64,000 bases of DNA. Source: the human T2T-CHM13v2.0 reference genome, Homo sapiens. The stretch lies in the NCBI RefSeq assembly GCF_009914755.1, contig NC_060929.1, one strand, 5' to 3'. The notes below the pieces were generated by a model. The model did not search any database and was not told where the DNA came from. It saw only the letters and a list, made by a program, of their open reading frames with translations. Within the stretch, counting starts at the first letter, position 1; each line of letters starts with the position of its first letter. Made by a program: the position numbers and the translations under genes. Positions 32,213-43,901 of the stretch are shown here, piece after piece.

Positions 32213-32400
32213 TCATATGCCATTGTACAACCGTATATGATAATCAATTCGATTTTTGGTGTTGGGGGGACAAGAACATAGCAATTCAATGCAGATTGCA
32301 CATGATAAATTTAGCAATCTGACAATTTGTGCACCAGGCACAGGGCCTGACAAATAGTTTGGCCAATTTTCTAGGCTATGTCCAATTTGCAATTGGTATA
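32213..32400 (+). mobile_element. Probable Eulor1 ancient conserved low-copy repeat (3' half)
   Basis: tcatatgccattgtacaaccgtatatgataatcaattcgatttt...ttagcaatc...ctgacaaatagtttggccaattttctaggctat matches my recollection of the Eulor1 consensus; not database-verified. Confidence 0.7.
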
Positions 32401-35044
32401 CAGACATGATATAAAGTTTATTGACTGCATCCTTCTCTTACGGCTTTGCATGTAAGCAGAGTGAGATGCTGTGCCTATGGAGAGACGTGAGAAGGTTTGC
32501 TGTGTCATTTCTAATGAGAACATAATTGTAGCAATGGTTCATCGTCATGACAACAACCTGATGCTTCCATCCAAGAATCAATACTAATTCCTTGAGTCTA
32601 TTTCTTTTCTACTGGAGTTTTACAGTAGTGTAGGGAAAGGTCATATGGCACCAAGTGATACAATGTTATTTCTATTGCAACTACTGAAAGTTCTTGTCTA
32701 ATATTTCTCCTTTTTACACGACTAATAGCTAATGTGACAAATATGATAGAAACACTAGAGGATTGTGATAAAATCCAGATATTATCAATATGAACCTATC
32801 AGTGCCATGAGAAACATTAGGCAACTAGCTATAGAATTATACTCTCGGACTCAAGCTAGGATGACGTAGACTCCTTCCAAGGTTTATTTTCTCTGAAGCT
32901 CATTAGATATCAGTTTGTCATTTTTTGCGTGCCTCTGAAAAAGAGGTGCTTACTAGCAAATAACATTGTTATGTCTTTTGACAAAATTAAAAGAGATTTG
33001 TATTGTGTGACGGATTTTTCCAAAATTGTGAAATAATCAACTATGAATTGCTTATTTTATCTCTAGTTATGAACATAATTTTAAATATCATAAAAATGAT
33101 CTAGACTAATGTAGGCACATATTTTCCTTTCCTGAACACTTACTCTCTCTAGAGTAAAAGTCTACAGAAATAATATAATTTTTTTCATACCATCATACAT
33201 AGATTGTAGTTGAAAACATCAGTTCATATATGATATTACAAAAAATATGAAAAATAAAATCTTGACATCACAGGTGATAAGACCAGAGACAACAGGCATT
33301 AGAAATTTTAGTGTTGTTTTTAATTACATAGAAATGTTAAAACTGATACAAAGATAACTTCAATGTAAAATCAATCAAGTTTTTTCAACCTAATGCATTG
33401 ATGTCTGAATATAACAAGAAAAATTAATCCTTTTAAACTCTAATCTCTACAATAAAACTGTAAAATAGCTTTTACTTTTGTGATTGTTTATATCCTAAAA
33501 GACATTTGTTTGTTTCAGATTTATTTCTTTGGGAAGGAAACGGTAAGAGAGAGTAACGAATTAAAAAAGTATATTGGAAAGCAACACTGAAGGAAATAGG
33601 CAAGACACAGGAATGTCCCCTAATGCAGACTTGACGGTTTCTGCCAGTTCCCTAAAAATTCTGAAGTGAAGTCTTTCCTTTGGTAAAATGATTAGACCCT
33701 TGAACATGTGACTTGTGCAGTCATTGTCTGAGGGCCACTCAAGAATGCTGAACAATCGTTAACACTATTAACAGTTACAGTGTCATTGGTCAAGGTCTGT
33801 CCCTAGAAAATATATCAACTAGCCAAACTTCTTACAGCTATCCAGCAAGTATGTTTTGGAAAGAAGTTCTGTCTCTATATGGGTTATTTTATTTCATTAT
33901 ATTTTATTTTGGGTCACAACCAATTCCAAGCCCTAATCACATTTTCTTGTTTCTCTGTTTCATTTTACTTGATTTCATTTGAAGGAAAAACTGGACACTT
34001 GCTCTTAATGTCACTTTGTCTTTTCAAGCAAAGCCTACCTTGTTAAATCATCCAACAAAAATATCTTCCATGATGAAGAAAATTAAAAGCTACTTCACAA
34101 AGGTTGTACCGTTGAACATTAAATAATGTGTAAATTATGATTGTTTTATTCTATTTCTTTCTGCATGCATTTTTAATAATTGATATATTATTTAGAGAAA
34201 GACAGATATAGAAACTCTACATTTAAACTCAAAATTTAGAAGTTTAATATTTTGGAAAATTTACCTGAACAAGTAATACTTTATCAGAAAACCCACTAGT
34301 TCTAGGTATTTAGAGATGGAATTTAAGATACAAAACTACACAAGATTTATGGCTTTTTATTAGCTTTTTTGATTAAAATCTGAATCCTGATTTTTTAGTT
34401 CAACTAAGGGCCTTCTCAAAAAACAATCAAAGAAAAGAGGTACGTCAATGTAGACAATGATTATGGTAATCTCAGAAAGAAGAGGGATACTATTACAGCA
34501 TTTTTAATGTCTTCTCATACTGAAAATAACCAAAAGAAGACAGGACATTTAAGTTTTGTCAAATAATATGTTGAAAGTAATCGACAACTTAAAAAAAACT
34601 CTTTACTTGTGTTATTCCGCGTTGAAATAGATAACTTTAAAAATATTTAATTCATTTAAACAGATTATTTATAGCATTTATATTTGTTTCTAAGTTAGAG
34701 AATATTTTCTAATATCTATGACTCCCAAAGTCCATTTTGGTTCTATGTATCCAAGTAAAACAGTATTTCCTCAACTAATAGATAATTTCCAGCATGACAG
34801 AAATTTATATTTTACCATGCTAAATCCTTAGTGCTTTGAATAGCATCCATGTTATAATAGACATTTAATAAACATTTAAGTTTATTAATACATTTATGAA
34901 TTTAGCTTTATATTTTAACACAATGCTATTTTTCTTAGAATGATTCTAGGGACTGGCTAACAACTCAGAATAAATAAAAAATAGTATGGAAAGCTATATA
35001 AGTTGGATTAAAATATTTAGTCTTTATCACTTAATAAATGAACA

Positions 35045-35434
35045 GTGAGACTATGCTAAGTTATAACAAAGTATTCCCAAGTGTCAGTGCCTTAACCTAG
35101 TAAAGGTTTATTTCTTGCTTGTTATATTCTAATACAGGACAAATAATTCCTCTCCAATTAACGATATCAGGTCCATGCTCCTTATTGTGTTACCATTATT
35201 GTCACCACTTGGACTCCAAGTTACCTGTCACATGAATGACAATAGAGAATGTATGTGAATGCTATTTAGTGACCAAGTCTGCAAAAGTCAAGTATCCATC
35301 TGCCCATATCCCTTTGGCTAAAATTCATTGATGTTGTTCTATCTAACTGCAAGAAAGATGGAAAATCTAATTAAAGTGTGTGTTGAAAAAAAGGAGAAAA
35401 AAAAACTTTTTGAAGATTAGCAGTCATTGCCACA
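35045..35434 (-). mobile_element. Old MLT1 (J/K/L-like) LTR
   Basis: ctatgctaagttataacaaa...tcagtgccttaac...aaggtttatttcttgct...ctaactgcaagaaag...tgccaca. Confidence 0.7.
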
Positions 35435-35859
35435 GAGATATGTTTCTCCTGGATATTAGAGAGTTGTTACTGTTTAAATTATGAATTAATGTACTTTGTT
35501 TATTATCTTTTCAATATCACTGGCAAACTTAACTAGAAAAATCAAATACTAACCCAGAAGTTTGAATTACTTTTTTATTTTGTTGTGTTTCTTTTTCTTA
35601 ACAAGAGTCATTATCCTAACAGACAAAAATTGTAATAGCCACATCCATGGAATTCAGTAGAATACAATTACATTTCTTTATTTTGAAGGATTTAAGAAAC
35701 AGTGGTTGCCTCTGGAAGACAGGAATTGCTAGAGGGGAACATAAAGGGAACTTTCTAGGGTGATGAAAATGCTAAAAATAAAAAGGCAAAAGGAAAAAAG
35801 AAAGAAATCATACCCTTAAATGTTTACAAAAGTGAATAAAATAATTGGTTAAAAACAAC

Positions 35860-37330
35860 AAAACCTTCATTTCTGACTACTATAAATTAGATTTAGAAGA
35901 CAAATATTTCCGCTGAGGACAACTATGAAAGCTGAATACAGTTTTAAAAATAAACAAATTTTTTTTAAATTAGGCATTGAAGAGACACCATAGCAACCAA
36001 AGCTTGAGACACTAAGAACCCAGGGTAAAAAAAAAATTGAGAGGAGAGAAGGCTATATATCACACTTAAAGCAGCAGCTGAGACACTACAGTCCTAAGCA
36101 GAAATACTGGCAGACTCACTATGCTGATGACATGAAAATTGAAAGTTGGGTGAAGGCAAAGAGGAGATGCCCTGATAAACACTGGGTTTCAGTTGAGTCT
36201 TCTAAAATGGTATATCCTGAGAGTGAAGCAAAGAGGAAATAGATCAGTCCTCACAAAGTTGAAACTCAGACTCGAAATATCACAAATTCTAACTGGATAT
36301 AGATTACTTGCACCTAATCAACTACTTCTCCTCTATAGTTTTTTCTTTCTTAATATTTTAGTCCATTTTTGTGTTGCTCTAAAGAATACCTGAAGATGGG
36401 TAATTTACAAAGCAAAGAGGCTTATTTGGCTCACAGTTCAGCAGGCTGTACCAGAAGCATGGCACAGGCATCTACTCAGCTTTTGATGATGGCCTCCTGC
36501 TGCTTCTACTCATGGCAGAAGGTGATGGGGAGCCAGCTTGTAAACATGACACGGCAAGAGCGAGGAATAGAGGAGGAGGTGTCAAGCTCTTTCCAACAAA
36601 CAGTTCTCCTAGGAACTAAAAATGAGAACTCACTCTCAAAAATGCCACTAAGATATTCATGAAGCATCTCCCCCCAGACTCAAACGTTTCCTTGAAGGAC
36701 CCACCTCCAACACTGGGAATAAAATATCAACATGAGACTTGACGGTACCAAACAAACCATCTTCAAACCACAGCATTTAACATAAAGTCCAGTTTAAAAA
36801 TAAAATAAAATGTCAGTAAGGTGGGACACAAAGACAAAACAAACACAAAAGACACCTACAAAATTAATTGACAACATAAACAGAGTATAAATGAATCCCT
36901 TTTTTGGAGTTGAAGGCAGACAAGCTACAATAGCTCATTAATAGGTAAAAGAAAATAGAAGATAAAAAATTTTGCCAAAAAAATTGAATATATAAAAAAG
37001 TATCAAAATTCTAGAAAAGGGGCAACATTGAATCTTAAAACACTAAAACAGTTTTAATAGCTGAATAGTTACCTAAAAGTTGCATTGATTATGTGGAAAT
37101 TAAATATCCATAGGAATTAGTCAAATAGAAGTAGAGAGAGAAAAGACACATGAACTGCAAGTGGATTACATGTGAACTACACATGAAGCACATGTGAACA
37201 ACATAAGAAATATGAAACGTGGTGTATTGTTCTCATATATGTATACCTGGAATCACAGAAGGAAAGCAGAGAGAGGAGAGAGGTGAAACAATATTTGATC
37301 AGAGTTATAATAATACAAAACTCAAGTGGG
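35860..37330 (+). mobile_element. Highly degenerate L1M 5'/ORF1 region split by MSTB
   Basis: A-rich strand with ORF1-like catatatgtatacctggaatcacagaagga...aacaatatttga. Confidence 0.5.
36354..36775 (-). mobile_element. Solo MSTB-like MaLR LTR
   Basis: ttagtccatttttgtgttgct...ttatttggctcacagttc...cccacctccaacactggg...caaaccacagca; flanks cttaa/tttaa. Confidence 0.9.
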
Positions 37331-37708
37331 AAAACACACATAACGCCACACCTTTTTACATAAGCTATCACACAAGACCAGATTGTGAAATAATATGTGA
37401 ATTAGAGATTTTACATATAATTGAGTATAAGCATTGGTCAGATACCTCCTTCCCATGTTGGATGTGAACTTTCTACTCAGAATAATACAGGATGTCTGTT
37501 AGTGCAGCTTGTGGGATCACCTCATCTAATGCAGAGGACATTTATTTATGTAATAAAGCATTTATATTTTAATCACCAGAATTTTTTTTAGCTTATGTGA
37601 TACGACGAAGGAAACCATGTCTCATAGATCCTGGATTTAAATGATTCATTTTATATCCTTGAGGCTCTCTTAAGGTCATTCATTGTCTATTTATCTAAAA
37701 ATACAGTT

Positions 37709-37711
<3 letters not shown>

Positions 37712-37753
<42 letters not shown>

Positions 37754-37764
37754 TGTGTGTGTGT
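37712..37764. repeat. (TG)n microsatellite
   Basis: TG run. Confidence 0.95.
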
Positions 37765-38800
37765 ATGTATGTATGTACCCTGATTGTTATTTTAGGGTTC
37801 TGCTTTATTATTCTTTTTTACTCAAATGTCTGTTTTGTTAATAAGTTTTAAAATTATTTTAAGTACACATTTTGAAAAATTATGCTCTGATATTGATAAT
37901 GTTAAAACCAATAAAATATTGAAAGATGATATACTTTATTATTTCTTATATGGAAGCAATATATAAATAAATACAGAGGTTGATTGACAAATTGATCAAT
38001 AGACAAATAAATGACCAAGTTACAACTTTTTAATTAAATGTAACACTGAGGAGTTGAAATGTTTTCATGATTTCAAAGAAACCGTAACTTTTTTTAAAAT
38101 AATGCAAAATTTGTCCTTTTTTGGTCAGTGTTTACTAGTAAATTATGGGTTAGTTCATTACATAAAGTTTAATTATTTTACTTCTGAAATAAACTTTATT
38201 TTATAAAACTATACAATTGAATTTTTTACTGAAAATTACATATATTTTGCCTGGGATATTGATCTGTAATTTTCACTTGTGTGTGTGTGCCTGTGTGCTC
38301 TGTGTATGTACCAACCTTTAGTTCAGTTGACACTACTCTCTCTTTAAAACAAATTCCTCTGTAACTTCCATTTATTGGAGGTTTAAGATAATTCACTTGC
38401 TAAACTCTGGTTTTTGAATTTTTAAAAATTTGACTATGATGATATTATTTTTTCAATACACTATTTTACTCATATTATCTACCCTTTTTTCCATAAGTTA
38501 ATTTGAAAATTTCCACCACAAGAGAACAATAAGATTTTAAGATGTATTGGCATATAATAGGGCATAATGATCTTTTACAATGCCTTAATTTTTGAAAGCT
38601 TTTTTTTGGACAGTAAGATTTTTGAAATATGCATATAACTAAAAATTGTGCTTATAAACACAATTCAGAAAAAATCTCCTTTCAGGTTTTCTTTCTGACC
38701 TATAATATGAATTATTTGCTGAAACAAATATATGCCATTCTTAAAATTTAGAAACAGGTAAAATATAAAAATGATATATAATGATATGTATACATACATC

Positions 38801-38802
<2 letters not shown>

Positions 38803-38849
<47 letters not shown>
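38803..38849. repeat. (TG)n microsatellite
   Basis: TG run. Confidence 0.95.
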
Positions 38850-38855
<6 letters not shown>

Positions 38856-40544
38856 CCTGGCCAGGTAGCACAATATCTCAAGAAAAAAGAATTTAATTAC
38901 CAAGTGGAAGAAAAAAATTGTCATTTATAGATTGATGATATAGTTTTCCCCCAAACCCCAAAACAGATTAGTACTTGAAATGTCATAATGTTGCTAGAGA
39001 TATATAAAAATCATGTTTTATATTTACTAAACAACCAATTAGAAATTGCAATTTTATTCATAAGTTTTAATAGAGTAATAAAAAGTGTAAGGAACATATA
39101 AATATATCTAATACTTATTATAAAAGTCATTTGTTAAAAACTATAAAATTTATTAAGGATAAATAACAATTATATGAGAGATAAAGTGTTTATGTAAATT
39201 TTAACATACCATAACAGTTTCAGTACACCTAATTATATCTATGTATTCAATACAATTTTAATAAATGCCTTTAAAGTATTTTTACTCTTCAAACTTACAA
39301 GCTGATTGAAACCTTTATACAGAATATTAAAGGAGCTGCCATTATCAAGAAATATTGACAGAATACGGTAGATGAGGACTTAATCTATAAGATTTATGAT
39401 TTAGCTTTACGATAAAGCTAGAATAATTAAAATAATGTGATATTGGCACAGTGATAGACCTGCCAATTAATCATAACTGAGAGTCTATGGGATCACACAT
39501 TTACAAAAACTTTGTAATAGCAAGTAACCGAAATAGCAGAACAAATCAATGAGGACAGGAAGGCTTTGTAAAAGTAAGTTCTGTCATAACTATCTGCATA
39601 TTGTAGATTCAACACTTCTCAGAGCAGGGGATTCCATGGAAAGCATTTTTGGTGTGTCCAAAATTTGGCATGACACATCTAATAAGGCTTATCATTACTT
39701 TGTACAACATGCTTTTGTACATCTAACTCTGAGTATATCTGTTTATAATCAGAGCTTTTCACTGACTGATAGCAAGGCAATGCTTGTGCCCGAAGCATAT
39801 CATCCTTTTTTGTAATGTGTCCTCAAGCTTTATATACAATGTTTCAACATTATTTGAGTAATATATTTCTTTCAGGGAGAGATCAGAGAGAAAAGTGTAG
39901 CTGTTTGAAGTGTGATACTTGACTTTCTCTCATTCAACTTTATAAGCCTTTTTGTACTGTGGCTTGCTATTACACTTTGTGAAATATTTATATATTTCAA
40001 AGCTTGTCAACAGAGCAGCAAGAGTTGGCTTTCAGAGAGCTAACACGATATAGTAGAATTATTATTATATAATTATAATTATTTTGAAGTTAACACAAAT
40101 CTCGTTTTAAATTTTAGCTCTCCTTATTTTATGATTTAGGCATGCCACTTGATGTTTTTCAGTCTCAGCTTCTTGATTAGTAAAATGCAATAATAATATT
40201 TTATCAGAGGGAACTATTTCAAAGAGACAAATTTAAAATAAATGGCAAACGTAGACCTTCACAATAAATTACCTTCTTTAAATTCTTCATGATACTAGCA
40301 AGAAAAGAACACTGTTTGGTATAAAGGTAAATGCTGTCATTTTGGTTTATCTATCCATTCATTCTCTAACATAATGTTTGACTTTTTCAATCAATAGCTA
40401 ATGATAACCAAAGAACAACCAACCATAATTAACAACCAGTTACATTATCTATACCAATATTTTTTAAGTTAATATTCTCATTTTTCTTATTAATCTTCCA
40501 AAATAACTAGTATAGACTCTCACTACTTTCAGAGGATTTGATAC

Positions 40545-40935
40545 AGAGAAGTGAAGCCAGCTGGGATTCTGGGTCAGGTGGGGACTTGGAAAACTTTTCT
40601 GTCTAGCTAGAGGATTGTAAATGCACCAATCAGCATTCTGAAAAAATGGACCAATCAACACTCTGTAAAATGGGCCAATCAGCACTCTGTAAAATGGACC
40701 AATCAGCAGGACATGGGTGGGGTCAAATAAGGGAATAAAAGCTGGCAACCCTAGCCAGCAGCAGCAACGTGGGAGAGGTTGGTTCTTTCGATCTTGACAA
40801 TAAATCTTGCAGCTGCTCACTCTATGGGTACATGCCACCTTTAAGAGCTGTAACACTTGCCTGCAAAGGTCTGCGGCTTCATTCTTGAAAAAAGCGAGAC
40901 CGAGAAGCCACCAGAAGGAAGCAACTCCGGACACA
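40545..40935 (+). mobile_element. Solo LTR12F-like (ERV9 group) LTR
   Basis: gtgaagccagctgg...four ccaatc repeats...gggaataaaagctggc...aactccggacaca; flanks atac/gtac. Confidence 0.9.
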
Positions 40936-41066
40936 GTACTTCAAAATATTACAGAAATTTGTTTTGAAATACGTGACAAATAGTATTGATAATACATGAA
41001 GCAGTTCGTAGATACTATCAGTGCCATAAGACAATTTTATACATTTAATTTCTCAAAAGATAGAGC

Positions 41067-42165
41067 TGTAAGGAGGGTCCCTGAGTAGAAAAAAAAAAAA
41101 AAGGTTTTCCTTTGTGCTCCTATCATAATAATTAACACAGAAGACTTCTGTGACCAAACGTGGGTTTTTTTCCCACCACATATCAAGCAAGCAGTTAATT
41201 CTGCAGAGGAAACCAGTTGGATGTCCTCTACTTCAATTCAATTTGACACTAACTGGAGATAACATGAGATCATACAGGCTGAGGGCTCAGTTCCACAAGA
41301 CTGAATGCCACCTACAGTAACAATTGCATGCCCAGGTTATTTTTCTTGTGCTTCTGGCTGACTGGTTGCATTGGGGTTCCTACAACCCTTTTTTTATTTA
41401 ATTTGTAAGAGCAGTTCACAGAACTCAGGCAAACATGTACTTTATTTACTACCTATTACAAAGGCTGTTTTAAAAGATGCAGTTGAGATGCGTTTTGCAT
41501 CTGGGATTCAGGATGGAGGGAAGGAGCACAGAGCCTCCTTGCACTCTTCGGCGTGCACCATCCTCCAGGCACCTGCAGAAGTTCAGCTGTCCAGAAGCTC
41601 TCCATACCCCACCCTCTGAGCCTCTATGGAGACTTCACTGATAGGCACGATTGAAGTACGGTAATACTAGCAGACTCAGTGAGGAAACCCAGAAAGGCCT
41701 GTCTGCTCGGATTCTCCTTGGCTTCTCTGCTCAGCATTCCTTCCTCCAGAAAGGACTAGATGCCTTATGTAACAGGGGTCTCATGACCCACAATCAGACA
41801 CGGTAGGTTAGAGAATTTCTTTATAACTGGCTCCAAGACAGAAAGGCAGTTGAAGATTAGGGGATATTTTCAGTTTCTATGGGCTGCTTTGAGGAGAAAA
41901 AGGAACAGGTGAAAGAAGGGCAGGAGAAGGTCAGAGAGAGATGCTGTTTTATGAGGCCCGCTTCCGAGGCTTACAGCACATTATAAGAAAAGATTGCCTT
42001 TTACTTTTATCGTTCTGAAGCTATTCAGGAACCAAGGAAAAAAGGCCAAATACTTTGACAAAATATATGCTTATTGTTTTACTCACTTAGGAAATAATAA
42101 GGACTATGGGAGTTATGAGCCAAGAACTGTGGATGAAAAGATATGTGTATATATGTAAAATAATA
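41067..42165 (-). mobile_element. MER21-like LTR
   Basis: aacacagaagacttctgtgaccaaa...gagggctcagttccacaagactg...gggagttatgagccaagaactgtggatgaaaa. Confidence 0.8.
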
Positions 42166-42626
42166 TACTCTTCGTTAGATTTGATTTGACATCATAGGAC
42201 AGAAAGAGTTGACAAAACATCATATATTTAAAGACATAATTACTAGAATCTACAAATACTGTCAATTAATCTTGAGTTTCACATTGTTACTGGATACTTG
42301 TTTTAGAGGAAACTATTCATGACTTTTTCCTCTCTGTCTCATTTTATTATTATAAAGTCATTGATGTACTGCAATGTGATTTAAAGTATATGTGCCAAAG
42401 TTTTTTTCTGTTCCAAAAAAAGAAACTTTTTTTGAATATTGTATTATTGCTAGGCTTAAAATCTTTTTCTCAAAGAAGTTAAATGTGTAAAATTCAGATA
42501 CAAATTAAGTTCATTAAAATAGTCATTTATCAATTACTATGCAACTATGTCTCAGAATTCAACAAGAAGTTTAAGAGACTATAAAAATAAAATTAAAATT
42601 TCACATCATTTGATAAAGTGAAAATA

Positions 42627-43901
42627 TTCAATTGTTGGAAAAGTAATTGTGGTTTCAGACTGTGCATTTTATATCATTATAACTAGGCTGAAACACATCT
42701 TTATTAATCAAAATAGGAACCATTACAATCAAAACATTTCTGCCAACAAGAAGTAAGTTTGTTTATTCCTGTAGCGTAAAAATCTGTGCTTCATAATTGA
42801 ATGAACTCTTGGAAAGCATTTTCTACATTCTGCTGGTTGTGGAAGCATTTGCCCTGCAAAACATTGTCAATATGCTTGAAAAAGTGGTAGTCGGTTTGCA
42901 AGACGTCAGGTGAATATTGTGGATGGGGCAATTTGTTGAGCCTAGTAGCCCAATTTCTTGAGCTTTTGAAGTGTTGGTTTTGCAATCTGTGGTCAAGCAT
43001 TGTGGTGAAGAATTGGGCCCTTTCTGTTGGCCAATTCGGCTGCAGGTGGTGCGGTTTTCAGCTCATCTCATCAATTTCCTGAGCATACTTCTCAGATGTA
43101 ATGGTTCAATCAAAAAGCTGTAGTGGATCAGACGAGCAGCAGACCACCAAACAGCAACCATTATCTTTTTTTGGTGGAAGTTTGGCTTTTGGTAGTGCTT
43201 TGGAGCTTCTTCTCACACTGAGCTCGTCTTCAGTAGTTGCTGTAAAAAATCCACTTTTGTCCCACATCACAATCCAATAGAGAAATGGTTCATTGTTTTT
43301 GGGTAGAATAAGAGAAGATGACACTTCAAATTGAAGATTTTTTTGATTTTCGCTCAGCTCATGAGGCACCCACTTACTGAGCTTTTTCACCTTTCACAAT
43401 TGCTTCAAATGCCAAACGACTGTAGAATGGTTGACGTTGAGCTCTTCGGCAACTTCTCGTATAGTTGTAGGAGGATTGGCTTTGATAATTGCTCTCAATT
43501 TGTCGTTTTCAACTTCTGATGGCCAGCCACTAGCTCTTCATCTTCAAGGCTCTCATCTCATTTGCAAAAGTTCTTGAATCACCACTGACTGTATGTTTGT
43601 AAGCAGTTCCTGGGCCAAATGCGTTGTTGTTGTTGCGAGTTTTCTCCACTGGTTTGTGACTCAGTTTAAACGCGAATAAGAAAGTCGCTTGAATTTGCTT
43701 TTTGTCTGACATCAATTCCATAGTCTAAAATAAACATAAAATAAACAGCAAGTAATAAGTCATTAGCAAAAAAAGAAATGAAGTGAGAAATTCCCCTTAA
43801 AATGATGTATAACATAACTACATTTATTTAAGAACGTATTCCAATATCAAATGACAAATTTCAACAATGCAAAAACCACAATTACTTTTGTACCAACCTG
43901 A
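42627..43901 (-). mobile_element. HSMAR1 mariner DNA transposon, near full length
   Basis: TIR-like ends (aaaagtaattgtggttt and aaaccacaattacttttgtaccaacct), ~1.28 kb, transposase remnants inside. Confidence 0.96.
42690..43721 (-). pseudogene. Disrupted Hsmar1 transposase
   Basis: Frameshifted fragments MELMSDKKQIQATFLF...NNAFGPGTA, KWVPHELSENQKN and LPHPQYSPDVLQTDYHFFKH (WVPHEL and YSPDL-like motifs). Confidence 0.93.

Noticed and set aside
40464-40934. 156-aa ORF with LIGPFYRV repeats
   Set aside because: Antisense reading of the LTR12 CCAAT tandem repeats
42690-43721. SETMAR gene or active transposase
   Set aside because: Multiple frameshifts and stops, flanking TIRs and no SET-domain exons
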